Assembly: GCF_006345805.1 (NCBI RefSeq)
Contig: NC_042998.1
Coordinates: forward strand, 44,020,001-44,084,000
Direction: 5' to 3'
From: Octopus sinensis
Lineage: Eukaryota
Length of the DNA stretch: 64,000 nucleotides
This document shows positions 1 through 15,884 of the stretch, in pieces; position 1 is the stretch's first letter, and each line of letters starts with the position of its first letter. Under the pieces are notes generated by a model. It searched no databases and had not been told where the DNA came from. It was given only the letters and a program-made list of their open reading frames with translations. The position numbers and the translations under genes are program-made.

Positions 1-869
1 TATTCTACCTGTTGTAGATTGCAAACATGTCAGATTTGGCCTCTCACACCAGCCCTACAATATCATTCTCGAAATTAAGTTACCTCATCAAAATCTCAGA
101 GTTACAAGGAAATACATAATTAATTGAAAACAATGTGAATAAATAAGCGCTACTTTTGACAGAATGATATAAATGGTAAAGAGTTAACCCCACCTTCCAG
201 ATAGGATATGACTGGATTTGAACTCAGAAGGTAAAGAACCGGAACAAATACCGCGAAGAATTACATCCGATGTTCTTACAGTTTCGTAAATACTATTTGA
301 TACATTTTTTATCGATCTCGAAATGTAAAGTTGACCTCGATATGATTTGTATCAGAACAAATATTGAGAGGCAGTTCAATCGATACTCTTATGATTTTGC
401 TAATTTAAGCCTTTAAATGTACGAAAGAGGAAGTTATTAGAATACACAAAGGAAGTATGTAGAAGACGAAAATATATACTGAGATATATCAATGTTGATA
501 AAATCGAGGTCACTAAGACCCAGTTTACTCTCTGATAAAGTTGTACGATAATCCGAGGAATGAGAGACATATGAATCTCATACGGGAATTGCTTGTTGAA
601 TGATGAAGAATGAATAGAACATCAAACATATGTTGACCAGCAGTTAGTAGGTTATTGCCATCATTATTATTGTTACTTTTGTTTACTTCAAGTCGTCGCT
701 GATCAAGCACTCATTTGATCCAAGGCATGTACGCGAAATTACATTAAAAGATATGTCTATTTTTAGACAGTGAATGTTGGCCAATTAAGACCATAGAATG
801 ATTATCCAGCAGTGTTTTTATATGCTTCTGGTAACACTTGTAGGACTTCAAATATGACATATAAGCAGC

Positions 870-1307
870 GCTAGTATTATAGACATTATCGAAAACATGC
901 CCAACACACATAACGTTTGACAAGATTAGTAAATATAAAGACCTGCTAATAGAAATTGAAAAAATGTGGCATCTCAAGGCAACTACAGTACCAGTGATTG
1001 TAGGATCTCTAGGAATGATAAAAAAAAGGTACTGAAACCTATTTAAAAATGATTCCAGGCTTACCATCCCTACAGGAAGTGCAAAAAATCGTATCAACTT
1101 GAACGGCTCATGTACTGAGAAGAGCACTATCGCTGTGAAAATAACATCCATCCATGAATTTATTTATTTATTAATTTTTAAATACATGTTTTATCTGTGA
1201 ATTTGCGCGTGTAATCTGGGAATGCATACGATGCCCCTCTCTGCCCTAGGTATATGGAAAAAACTCGGCGAAAAACGGAAGAAAATTTGAAGAAAGAAGG
1301 AAAAAAC

Positions 1308-1349
<42 letters not shown>

Positions 1350-1350
1350 T
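870..1350 (+). mobile_element. R4/Dong-type (RLE endonuclease) non-LTR retrotransposon, 3' fragment with (TAA)n tail
   Basis: Frameshifted translation KISKYKDLLIEIEKMWHLKATTVPVIVGSLGMIK...LQEVQK...AHVLRRALSL matches the restriction-like endonuclease C-terminus; (TAA)n at ~1310-1350. Confidence 0.8.
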
Positions 1351-1479
1351 AGTGATGAGAAATAGTATGATAAACACAAGATAAAACTTATACCATTTGT
1401 TCCCTAAGTATGTTTCCCGAATGTGATTATTTACATCCAATGTGGTGTGTATTTGTTGTACAATCTGATGCACGTCTTT

Positions 1480-3141
1480 AACAGTTCTCCAGAAGAACTA
1501 TGCATGATACCACTAACACTGATTCTGAGGGAAGCAAAGGCTGGGTATGTATTCAAAAGCTGCCAACAAAAAGTCAACCAATTTTATTCATGGATGATCT
1601 CAAACTTTATGGTAAAGATGAATCCCAAGTCAGTTCCCTCGTTGATACAGTGTATACTTTCACTACTGATATCAGAATGGAGTTAGGACTGAAAAAGCGT
1701 GTTGTGTTAGTCTTGAAGAGCGGCAAAATCAAATTTATAGACGGGCTGGCGATACCGTCGGGGGAGGTTATGAATCAGATAAAAGAGACGAGCTATAAGT
1801 ACTTGGGGATTTGGGAAATGGATTAGTTGATGAAGAAAGAAATGGCAGAAAAGTTTAAGGTGGAGTACATGCGCAGAATGAGACCGATCCTTCCGTCGAA
1901 ATTAAACCGACGGAATACAATTGAAGCTATCAACACCTGGGCGGTTTCACTACTTAGATATGGAGCAGGGGTAATCGCATGGGTGGTAGACGATCTAAAC
2001 AGCTTAGACAGAAAGACCAAGAAGTTGCTGACCAGACATGGTGTACGGCACCCAAACACTGACACAGACATACTGTATGTACCAAGAAAAAAGGACGAAG
2101 AGGACTGATTGGATGCGAACAAACATTAGAGTTGAAGAAAACAACATAGCGTGGTATGTAAAAAAAATACCACAGAACCACTATTATTGGAAATCAGAAG
2201 GTCAGGTTTGTGTAGGATTGAAGATTGTAAAGATAAAGCACTGTACAAGGACATGAGAATTAATGAAACTGAAAAAAGATTGATAAGGAAACGAAAGCTT
2301 GGACAATTTCATAGGGATGTTGAAGATAAGACAGACAGAGAAAAAAGACGGCTATGGTTGACTAAAAGTGATTTAAAGCCGGAAACAGAAGCTCTAATCT
2401 GTGATGCCCAAGATCAAGCATTGAGAACCAATTACATCAAATACAGGAAAGAAAACACATCAGAATGTGTAAAAGTTATGGAAAAAATGGTAAAAACTTA
2501 TGGCATATTACCAACTAATGTACACCACTAGTCCAGAAGGTATATAAGAGACGTCATGCAAGTATAGCAGGGATTGTCCATTGGACACTTTGCAGCTAGT
2601 ATGGAGTTGACAGAGCAAAAAAGATGGTACGAACATAAACCCGAAGGCATCATCGAAAATGATGTTGCAAAGATCCTATGGGATTTTATGGTTCAGTGCG
2701 ACCATGAGATAGAGAATAGGAAACCAGACATTGTGTCAATTGAGAAAGAAAGCAAACGATGCTGGATAATAGATATAGAATGCCCAGCTCACAACAAGCT
2801 ATACGATTAAGAAGAAAGAAAAGTCAACAGATATGACAGGTTAGTTTGGGAGATTAAGCAGTTATGTTCGCCGAAAAAGATGGTACTATTACCAATAATC
2901 GTTGGAGCCTTCGGAACAGGGAGTAAAAATCTTGAGATGTACAAAGAATAAATAGGGGCTGCAATAAGGGTGGAGCACTTGCAGAAAACAGCACTGCTTG
3001 GAACCGCTCGAATACTCCGGATGATGCTCGAAAAATAAGAGGTGTTACCTTAGTTCACTGGTAGTGAACAACTAGTGCCGTAGTATATCTCCAGCGCTAG
3101 AAGCTGTGCAAAGACAATAAATAATAATGATAATAATAATG

Positions 3142-3183
<42 letters not shown>
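1480..3183 (+). mobile_element. R4/Dong-type LINE, 5'-truncated and frameshifted (RT, thumb, RLE endonuclease)
   Basis: ORF pieces LFMDDLKLYGKDE, YKYLGI, AINTWAVSLLRYGAG, LKPETEALICDAQDQALRTNY, WYEHKPEGIIEN..KILWDF..QCDHEIENRKPDIV, LQKTALLGTARIL; ends in (TAA)n 3116-3183. Confidence 0.92.
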
Positions 3184-3187
<4 letters not shown>

Positions 3188-3705
3188 CAGAAAAAAGATG
3201 GTATAGGCACACACCAGAAAAGGTCACAGAAAACGAGAAAGCAACCATACTCTGGGATATGCCGATACACACAGATAGAGAAATTAAGGCCAACAGACCA
3301 AATATAGTTGTCAGAGATCATGAAGAAAAAAATGCTTTCTAATTGATGTATCAATACCGGCTGATGACAACGTGTCTCTAAAAGAAATGGAGAAACTCTC
3401 AAAATACAAAGACCTGGAAATAGAGGTAACTAGAATGTGGAATCTGAAAACAGAAACAATTCCTATCATAGTAGGTGCATTAGGCATGATAAAAAAATAT
3501 TCAGACAAATACATAACAAAAACACCAGGACTTACAAACACATATAACATACAGAAAATTGCACTACTAGGCACTGCACACATCCTACGCAGAACACTTT
3601 CCATACAATAACCATCAGAGCATCACAAAAAATCACAGCACATACCCAAGGCACACAGAGCTGCGCTCGGTAGTGAAGTGAAAGCACGCTATAAAAATAA
3701 AACTA

Positions 3706-3758
<53 letters not shown>
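3184..3758 (+). mobile_element. R4/Dong-type LINE 3' fragment (second subfamily)
   Basis: WYRHTPEKVTENEKATILWDMPIHTDREIKANRPNIVV..., KLSKYKDLEIEVTRMW, QKIALLGTAHILRRTLS; begins right after one (TAA)n tract and ends in another (3709-3758). Confidence 0.92.
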
Positions 3759-3760
<2 letters not shown>

Positions 3761-3864
3761 TTTTGATGCGTGACTTTTGGTCCTCACTCGAGATAAAATT
3801 ATTGAAAAATGAATAATTATGATATATATATATATGTATGTGTGTGTGCATGTGTGTGTGTGCA

Positions 3865-3916
<52 letters not shown>

Positions 3917-4472
3917 AGTGTGTGTATACTTTAGTGATAGGTAGTAAAAAGATAGTATATGTGAAACGTGCCAACAGGAAAAATGTGCAAGTTATAGAAT
4001 GGTTCCAAATTCAACTGATTATCCGGGTAGCAGCGGAATATTACCTGGAGAATTGCGTTTAGATTCTTTACTGTAAACATCATTATATTTGCAAATCAAT
4101 GCATAAGAGATATAAGAAGCTTAAAATGGAAACCAATGTACATGGGTTCCCGCTAACCATTACACTGTTTGCAGGGAGTAGTCCCACCGGAAAATTGACG
4201 CTGTAATTGTGTGAATTTGGTTCGAACGAATTATCGATTTATGCGTCAGCTTATAGCATAACCTCCAGTTGCATTAACTGCTCGCACCGTTTGACGGTGG
4301 ACTTCTTATGAGATATTGTTTTGATCGTCAAAGCAGTCTTCATCGACAAAAACTAGTAGTTTGCAAGTATCCCCTATAGAACGGATATTTTTTTTTTATT
4401 GAAAATGTCAGTTGTCGGAATAATTGAAAGAGGCTTGAATAGCTTGTTTCATGAAGTCAATGATTAATGGTA

Positions 4473-4514
<42 letters not shown>

Positions 4515-4815
4515 CTGATGATGATGATTTCAAATTTTGACACAAGGCCAGACATTTCGGGAGAGGGGTTAAGCCAAGTACACCGACCTCAGTGTTCAAC
4601 TGGTGCTTATTTTATCGATCCCGAGAGGATGAAATGTAAAGTCAGCTTCGGTGGAATTTGAACTCAGAACGTACAAACGGACGAAATGACGCTAAGCATT
4701 TTGCCCGTTGTCATAACTGATCTGCCAGCTCGCGGCCCTATATCAGCTTGTTGCTCAATTACTACAACTACTGCTGTTGCTGCTACTACTACTACCACTA
4801 CTACTAATACTACTA

Positions 4816-4901
<86 letters not shown>

Positions 4902-5020
4902 TTTTGATGCGTGTACTTTTGGTCCTCACTCGAGATAAAATTATTGAAAAATGAATAATTATGATATATATATATATGTGTGTGTGTGTGCATGTGTGTG
5001 TGTGCATGTGTGTGTGTGTG
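3740..5020 (+). repeat. ~130 bp direct repeat pair (3740-3875 and 4880-5020)
   Basis: (TAA)n-gttttgatgcgtg(t)acttttggtcctcactcgagataaaattattgaaaaatgaataattatg-(TA)n(TG)n occurs twice, nearly identical. Confidence 0.9.
4527..4740 (-). mobile_element. tRNA-derived SINE with Nin/Deu-like central domain
   Basis: Reverse complement has an A-box-like gagctggcag, B-box gagttcaaattcc, the core catcctctcgggatcgataaaataagcaccag and an (ATC)n tail. Decayed relatives lie at ~200-400. Confidence 0.75.
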
Positions 5021-5084
5021 TGCGTGTGTGCTTTGATGGCATGAACTGCTCTCTCACTCAATAATAATAATAATAATAATAATA

Positions 5085-5935
5085 AGTTGTAGAAGAACAT
5101 ACCTATTCAAGAATACTCAAAATGTACTTAATGCCAGTTCCAAACAATACTAATTTTGAACGGGAGTGTTCAATAATAGCTTTCATTCTGTTATATGAAT
5201 GGTTCTCAACAATCAATTTAAACTTTTGAAGCAATGATTCGTCAAGGTGTGATGCACACATTCGTCTATTTGATGTAATACCGTCCGGTATAACTTTTTC
5301 TATTTTGCATGTTTGATTTCGAAATCGACAAAGATGCTTGCTATCGAAATATCGTTCAACCAATAAAATATCTATTGCAATCGTATCACGCTCTTCGTCT
5401 TGTCTGTTTACTTTTGTGAAGCGTTACGTCAATCCTTGTAACATATCAAAATCAAGTAGATTGAGAAGTCACTAAAACAGCCGGGTGTCTTACGAAAATC
5501 GTAATGTAAATTACAGCTTTTGCGTTTTATTACTTCTTACAATTGACTTGTCAGCCCTATTAGTTTCGCTAGACCTCAGTGTTGAACCCAATCCTGGGCT
5601 AATGGATTTTGTATCATTCAAATATGAATCAGAAAATGAAATATTGACATTTGTATCAGTTAAAAAACTTAATCGTTTTCGTGCTAAAGTCAAAAGGCAT
5701 TTATCATTTCTGGAAACATGCAAGCTAGAAAAAGTTATATAGGGACGGTCTTACATCAAATACACCAATGTGTGCATCACGACCTGACCATTCATTGCTT
5801 CAAAAGTTTAAATTGATTGGCGAGAGGAATTTATTTCACATGATTGAACGCTATCGTATTATTGAACACTATCGTTCAAAATTAGTATTGCTTGGTGGTT
5901 TTGAATGTCCCTGAAAAGGTATGTTCTTCTAACAA
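5085..5935. repeat. Imperfect inverted repeat, arms ~5085-5330 and ~5700-5935
   Basis: For example caatttaaacttttgaagcaatga pairs with tcattgcttcaaaagtttaaattg, and tgatgcacacatt with aatgtgtgcatca. Both arms encode TCKxEKVI reading outward. Confidence 0.9.
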
Positions 5936-6600
5936 TTGTTTGAACTATTTGTGTTATTGTTTGATGAACTTTGAAACACAAAATAAGGAAATTTCAGCAC
6001 GGAAGACAAAAAAGGTAAAAGAAGCTAGAAAAACTGATTTCCCATTCCTCTGAGCCAGTGGGCAAGGAAACATCATGGTTGAGAATATCTGCTTTAAAAT
6101 ATGAGGAGAAATCGGTTTTCGGGAAAGGTGTTATGCGACAAACCTATTGACACCAAGTTGAACATCGTAGCGAAAGATTTTCCCGAGATTTCAATAGAAC
6201 CAACCATTTTTTCTCATTCGAAATTTCTAACATACAGTCCACATTGCACACTGTTCATTCATCGCACCAGGAACAATCATTTTGTTTTATCGACCAATGT
6301 TTTCGGAGGTGTTTATATTTATGATAGTTTGAACATACCAGTACCAAATGAACAAATAGTACAAATAACAATGCTGTCCTCACCACAAAGGAAGGTAATT
6401 CCGACAGTTCAACAAGTTCATATTATTAATCTCCATATTGGCGCATATGATTGTGGCCATTTTTCCCTGATGTATGCATTTGAACTGGTCATTAGAAATG
6501 TTCCATAGAAGATTTTGATCAGTCAAAAATGCGAGCATATTTAAAATTTTTCCTCGAAAGCAATAAATTTGTTCCTTTCCCGATTGCAAAGGCTTTTAAA
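5485..6600 (+). pseudogene. Decayed transposon-type ORF: 2A-like motif, PLE-like N-terminal motif and Ulp1/SENP (C48)-like cysteine protease
   Basis: LLVSLDLSVEPNPG; RHLSFLETCKLEKVI; ORF 6101-6508 has LCDKPID..NNHFV..VYIYDSL..YDCGHFSLMYAFEL, continuing after a break as FDQSKMRAYLKFFLESNKFVPFP. Confidence 0.7.
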
Positions 6601-6734
6601 ATATCTACAAAACCACAGAATTCACTCACTTTCTAGCACCCACCCAGAAATGGATTACTCCAAGAAAGATGACTAAAAATTATGACTTCTCACTTGAACA
6701 TTTAGAACAAATTTTATCACCCAATAGGTTCCAT

Positions 6735-6938
6735 GTTTTAATTGAAGATTACAGCTGAAGAGAACAACATAACATGGTATGTAAAAATGCCACAGAACCG
6801 CTATTATTAGAAGTAAGGAGGTCAGATTTGTGTAGGATGAAATATTGCAAAGATAAAGCACTATACAAGAAATTGAAAACGGATGAAACTGAAAATAGGT
6901 GGTTAAAGAAATGAATGCATGGACAATTTCAAAGAGAT

Positions 6939-6973
<35 letters not shown>

Positions 6974-7660
6974 AGATGGCTGCGGATGACTACAAGTGAT
7001 TTAAAACCGGAAACGGAACTTCTAATCTGTGCCGCCCAAGAGCAAGCACTAAGAACAGACTACATAAAATACAGAATAGACAACACAACAGAAAGTGATA
7101 AGTGCAAAATCTGTGGATAAAATAGTGAAACCGTATGGCATATTACCAGCCAACGTACGCCACTAGCCCAGAAGGAATATAAGAGACGCCACGACAATAT
7201 ATCCAGGCTTGTCGATTGTATGGACATGACAGAGCAAAACATTGGTACGACCACAAAACTGAAGGCGTCATCGAAAATAGAAATGCAAAGATCCTATGGG
7301 ATTTTATGATTCAGTGCGACCATGAGGTAGAGAATAGGAAGCCAGACATAGTCTTAATTGAGAAAGAAGACAAACTTTGCTGGATCATAGATATAGCATG
7401 CCCAGCTGACAACAAGGTAAGCAATAAGGAAAAAAAGTTGAGTATCATCGTCGGAGCCCTGGGAACAGTGAGCAAAAATCTCGAGAAATACGTGGAAGAA
7501 ATAGGGGCTGCAATAAGGGTGGATCACTTGCAAAAAACAGCACTGCTTGGAACCGCTCGAATACTCCGGAAGGCGCTCGAAAAATAAGTTACCTTACTCC
7601 ACTGGTAGTGAACAGCTTAAACCGTTGTACATCTCCAGCTTTAGAAGCTGTGCAAAGACA

Positions 7661-7714
<54 letters not shown>

Positions 7715-7755
7715 TTACTAATAATAATAATAATAATTATGATGATGATGATGAT
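6735..7755 (+). mobile_element. R4/Dong-type LINE 3' fragment (same subfamily as 1480-3183)
   Basis: Clear nucleotide similarity to ~2110-3120; CAAQEQALRT, CKIC..SETVWHI zinc knuckle, KILWDFMIQCDH..RKPDIV; (TAA)n tail from ~7660. Confidence 0.92.
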
Positions 7756-8326
7756 ACGGCAGGAGAGGAGTTGAAATATTAATAAATAAATATTTATGCA
7801 ATCAGAATAAACATAAGCTTACATAATAAAGTATAACATTACATTAGAATTTTTTTATTATCACCATTAAAGTGCCGTAGCTATCCGTTGTGCCTACTGT
7901 AGAGAATAGCATACATTGAAGTATTTCGCTTACAAACAGATAAATAAACTATAATACATTTTCAAGCTACACTCCATGCCATAAAGTTATTATTTCCCCA
8001 AGGGTTATTCTAAATACATATATATAGCCAAGTAATTTTCTATGAATGGCTCCAGTTTTACTCAATAATCTAATAAATGGAGAATTTTCTGTCTTAAAGT
8101 TTCCTTTATTTGATAAAGCGTTTATCTCATTCTTATTCTGAAGTAATCATTAACTTATTCAACAAGATTTTTATTGCAAATTCTATGACATTCTTTCCTT
8201 ATTTACATGCACGTTAAAAAAGTCTGCTTTGTTTTTGTTTTAACTGCAAAGAATAATTGATTATTATACTATATCCTTACACACAAATGTTCAAATAAAC
8301 ATACATACATATACATATATACATAT

Positions 8327-8379
<53 letters not shown>

Positions 8380-11344
8380 GTTCATAAATGAGAATCAAAT
8401 ATTCTCCGTATAGTGCTTGTGATGCTCAAGGGGTTTAAACGTGACTGAGTAGAGAACTACATGTAAGGTTAAGCAAATTAGGCAGGCCAATAAGCAAAGT
8501 ATATTGAATATAAAAAGGTCTGACTTACACTGAATAGAAATGATATCAATATACCCATTGGCTCTGAAATTTCCTAAAAAAACACGCACTGAGTTGGGCG
8601 TGTCTATGAGAACACGTTTATGAAACAGAAACATATGAATGCAAAGAACCACGTTGTTTAAGGAGGATACATTATATGTTGTCCCCAGAAGCAACTATCG
8701 TATTTGTAATATTTTTCTTCAACACCTTTAACTCTTGATATCATTTCTATATAACTATGGTTTATATTGAGATGCCATAGCATATTATGAATGAGTTGGT
8801 CTTTGCAAGGAAATGAGAGGTTAGATACACTGCGATTATTTTAAGAAATCTACAGTTAAATGCATGGTAGAAATATGTTACAAAAAGAAAATATAAAATA
8901 CACGTGGAAATGTAAGGGTAAAATAGGAAAAATCAACGAAAATGCACATTGTAAATAAAAAAAAAGGCTTTTTATGACAGGTAACGACAAATATATACAT
9001 TTAGATGGACTGAGGTAGTAATAAAAGTCATAAAAGTCATTATTATGAGATGATGATAATAAAGTCAGAAAACAAAGCGAACCATGGTTTCCGCAAAGCT
9101 ATTCATCGTTTTGAAAACCCCGGCTAATGTATACACAAATAGAGTGTTTTGTAATATGTTCAGATTTAGCTTTGACATTGAAATAATTTTTAAAACAATG
9201 AAATCCCCGACTTCCAATAATCTTAATTTTAAGCTCAGTACTTACACAACGTGACTCAATTTTCTATTTCAAATGTATGGTTATATGAAACAATAAACAG
9301 GTGATTATAATATTACGTGCTAATGTCATCTCTACTGATTTTCTATAGAAATTATAGCCAGCACTGGTTTTGTTACGATACGCCCATTACCCATTTTTTA
9401 ATCTTTGACCTCATTGCTTGTTTACATCTGACGTCTCCTATACGAAACATCTCGAATAAGAAACGTCATTACAAAATCAGTGCTGGCTATAATTTGTATA
9501 GAAAATTTGTAGAGATGACTTTAACGCATGACTTAAGTGCACTGCTAACTCATTAGTACACGGTATTGACTTATAAAACGGTTTAATGTACTCCGAAGCA
9601 TATAGTCATTGCATAACGAAATACCGGTACCGACAAGCCATTAATATTTGCATATTGGTTTCCAAAGTTACAGACGTAACCATAATCATTGTATCAAATT
9701 GACTTACAATCAGATTGCATACATTTTTGGACCATGTTATATGGTTTTCTGTAGCGATTAAAATGTATATACTTTTCAGAAACTTACTGAGTCTTATGTA
9801 AATTGACGTCGTAGCAGAGTAACAATATTGTTTCGGCTTCAAAAGGTGTCATTACTCTCTTTAAAATAACTTCATGGATGAAAGTCTTCTGAGTTGTAAG
9901 TGAATTAAACCAAATGGGGAATGTAATCAGTTTAGGGAATATCACATTTACCTTTGTATTTGAATATATGATAAGAGTAAAGTCAGCTGGGTAAATAATC
10001 TAGAATACAATGAACCTAGAAGAGAAAACTGAGTTTTGGTTGACATTCGTGTTGATAGTGTGTGAATCAAAGAGGTCCTGTGGAACATATTCACTGATTA
10101 ACCGACCTAATGTTTGAACAGAGTGACTAATGAGTAATAATGTTAATAGATAATTCGCATACTAAACACGATTAAAGTCTAGACTTACACTGAAGACCAC
10201 AACTTTAAATAAAAAAGCAGCAGACTGTTGATGTACAACATATGAACGACTGCCGCCTCTAGTTCCACTTATAATAGCAGTAATGGACTAAAATGATATA
10301 ACTTAATAATAAGGTGATACCATTTCTTTCATCTTTGATACAGCTGATGTGATAATAACATGTGGTAAGAAAAGTACTTTATAATGGAAAAACACAGATG
10401 TTGTTTTTTACGTGAATTTAACCTTTCTCAACAGAGAAAGAGAAGAGTGAATCGCATATAAAATCGTGTTACCTATAAGAGAGGGTTATATACATTACGT
10501 ATGGTGCATACATGGTTGAATGTTCAATGTTCCAAACTAGTTTCGCTTCTAAAACAACTAATTGCGTTCAGAGTGCTGTATAGAGGTATCTAAGAATATG
10601 TTACGTCTACTAATAGTATGTGCGTGGTATTGAGAAAGTGCTTTCTACACACAGAACACGTTTCATGGCAAAAAAAAAAAATCAGATTGCACGGTCAGTA
10701 AATGTGCCAATTTTGTGCACGATATTAAAAGTCACAACCACTTCATATTATCCCACAGTAACCAATATTAAAATCAATACATAAGCAAATCACATATGTG
10801 TCTGATGTATTTTAATAAAAATTGCATTTGCTGGAGTCATTACCGTTCTGCTTATATTTATTGTTGGCATTCTTCCTACAAAAACAAAGTATATATATTT
10901 TAATAGCTTAGGAGAACGCCTCTACATCATCGCTCGATCTGCTAGAAATAGTAACCGGAATTTTCTTAATTCACACCTTTTTCTTCAGAAAATTCGTTGT
11001 AGATAGTGTATAAAGCTCGGCATTGTTAAGGCCTGAATGTCTATCTGTATAGCTCTGCTCGTTGAATGGTGACGTGGAAAGTAAAAAAACAATAAAACTA
11101 CTATTAGATCAGTGCTGCTAATAAAGATTTATATGAGGAATTCCTTAAATTGAGGTAGTATTAAACAGGGACATATATCCACACACACACACAAACATAC
11201 ACACACACACACACATATATATATATATGATATATACATATACATATTTATATATATGTATGTATATACATATACATACATATATATAAATATATATATA
11301 CATATATATATATGTGTGTGTGTGTTATATATATATATACACAC

Positions 11345-13410
<2,066 letters not shown>

Positions 13411-13771
13411 AGGTAAACGTGTATATCAGGGAAGGTCATTTTGACAATACGAAGCACACACACCTGATCTATATCAATTCTTTTTTATTATAATTAACCA
13501 ATGCGCTAATGGATTCGTTGATTAATCATTTGTTTAAACAATCACACGTGGTTGTTCAGAATCATTTCAACGCCATTTTCGTATATATCAATGACAATAC
13601 CTCATTAATCTAGGTCTATGTTGTTCCCAAATTGAGTCTTTTTCCTACAATATTTATACATTTTGAAGTGTGTGTGTGTGTCTCTGTGTCTGTGTTTGCG
13701 CGTGTGTGTGTGTGTGTGTGTGTGTGCATCAATATATATATATATATATGTATATATGTATACACGCATAT

Positions 13772-14580
13772 TTATGGGGTCATCCCATAAATATTGTGTT
13801 TTTTTTAATACTGCTTTTATTCTTCAAAATTAAGATAAACAATGTTCTTTTTTAATCTAAAATATTCTCTCCATTTTCTACAATGCTCCTCCATCTATCT
13901 GGTAGACTTGCAAAGTCCCTCTTCCAAAATTCATTTGTTCGTGACAAAAATTAATCATCCAGTACCGTTCTCACTTCGTCTACAGAATTTATATTTTTGC
14001 CGTCCAAATGATTTTGAAGACTGCGGAATAAATGATAATCAGCATTTGGAATGACATTCTCGCTGTATTTGGCCGAGCATAATCCTGATGGAAGTACACC
14101 TTTCGTGTTGAAACCAAAGATAGTCGTTTTCTTCTAGCACTGGCTTAAGCCGCACAAGCTGCTCGCAGTAGATCTCCACTGTTATCGTTTGGTTTGGGTT
14201 TAAAAGTTCAAAGTGGACTAAACCTTTCATATCCCACCAAACAAACAACACCTTACGTGGGTTGAGACTGTCTTTAGTCTGAGGTGCCGGTGTTTTTCCT
14301 TTCCCTGCCGACTGTCTTCGATGCTTGACATGTTTATAGAGAATCCATTTCTCGTTAGCAGTTAATATTCGGTCCAAAATAGGTTCATTCATGAGAAGGG
14401 ACAGCAAAGAAGAGCACACATTCACTCTCTGCATGCGATTAGACTCGGACGTTTGTGATGACTCCGTTTACCCAATTTTCTGATGGTACGCAGGTGTCGA
14501 TGACTGGTCGAATGACCAAATCCAAGCTACTCTGCTAGTTCCTCAACAGCAACAACAGGATTTAGTCCCGCCAGGGACAA
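13772..14580 (-). mobile_element. mariner transposon remnant
   Basis: ILDRILTANEKWILY, PRKVLFVWWDMKGLVHFELL..QTITVEIYCEQL, FHQDYARP; TIR-like end ggggtcatcccataaata at ~13776. Confidence 0.88.
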
Positions 14581-14585
14581 AATTG

Positions 14586-14617
<32 letters not shown>

Positions 14618-14693
14618 TATACATATACATGTATATATACATATATAAATGTGTATATATGCATATATATACATATATATCTATCTATATATA

Positions 14694-14749
<56 letters not shown>

Positions 14750-15487
14750 GATCATACACATACACACACACCTAAACATTGTTAATCTTTTTCTTTTGTC
14801 TCAGGACATCCAAGTTGGATGAGAGTTATGAGCAAAGTTATCCAGCGATAAACATCATGTTGTTTCTTCTTTGTGATTCAGATTCATTGCGTATAAAACT
14901 AAGTTATCTAGTTTTATCTTTTTAGAAACGATTATGTTTGAAATGGGGAGGGACTTGCCTAACAATTCTAGGTGAACGAGTCACCATACAGAACTTACCT
15001 CACTGGTTCTAGGTTCTGTTCTTCATGCACGTGTTATTGTTGCTCCCACCACTGCAACTGTTAGCGGCACTGCTGCTGCTACAGCTATACTTCAGAATAT
15101 GTAGCAGATGGAATCAGTAATAATGCAATTGCTACAGTCGTAGCAACATCTATCGGAATAGATTTTGCTCTAAATCCAAGCAGAGCTCCTGTGAGTTCTA
15201 AAATTAACAACCACATTGTTGCAAACGTTGCAATTTTCGTTGACACATTATTTAAGGTTGCTAATGACTTGTCGAAGCTTCAATGAAAACAAACGAAGAA
15301 AAATATTAGAAACGAAAAAATTTTGAAAGCATTTAGAAAACTACATAAAACAATTACACAAATATTTCGACACCAATATTGTTATTTTTACACCTATTTG
15401 CATTGATATTTTTATCTATATTAGGTATATAAATATATAATGAATATTATCAACGATATTAGTATTATCAACAATGAATGTATGTAA

Positions 15488-15518
<31 letters not shown>

Positions 15519-15539
15519 TGTATATATATATATATATAT

Positions 15540-15571
<32 letters not shown>

Positions 15572-15884
15572 ATATTATATATATATATATGATACATACA
15601 TACTTATACACACACACACACCACACACACACATATACACTGAAATGTAGAAAGAATTATTATCGAATCATGGATTTTTGTACACCGAGAACATGTCATT
15701 TCATTATTCATACATACTCGTACATGCACACTCACTCACATACACACACAAGCATGGTTATATATGTATATGTATACACACAAACACACACACATATGTA
15801 TCTATATTAACATATACAAATATCTGTGTATATGCAAACACACACACATACACACACATATATATACAGAAAAGGTAGATATAT

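Noticed and set aside
14785-14870. Splice-acceptor-like ttttcttttgtctcag
   Set aside because: No supportable exon or recognisable protein follows.
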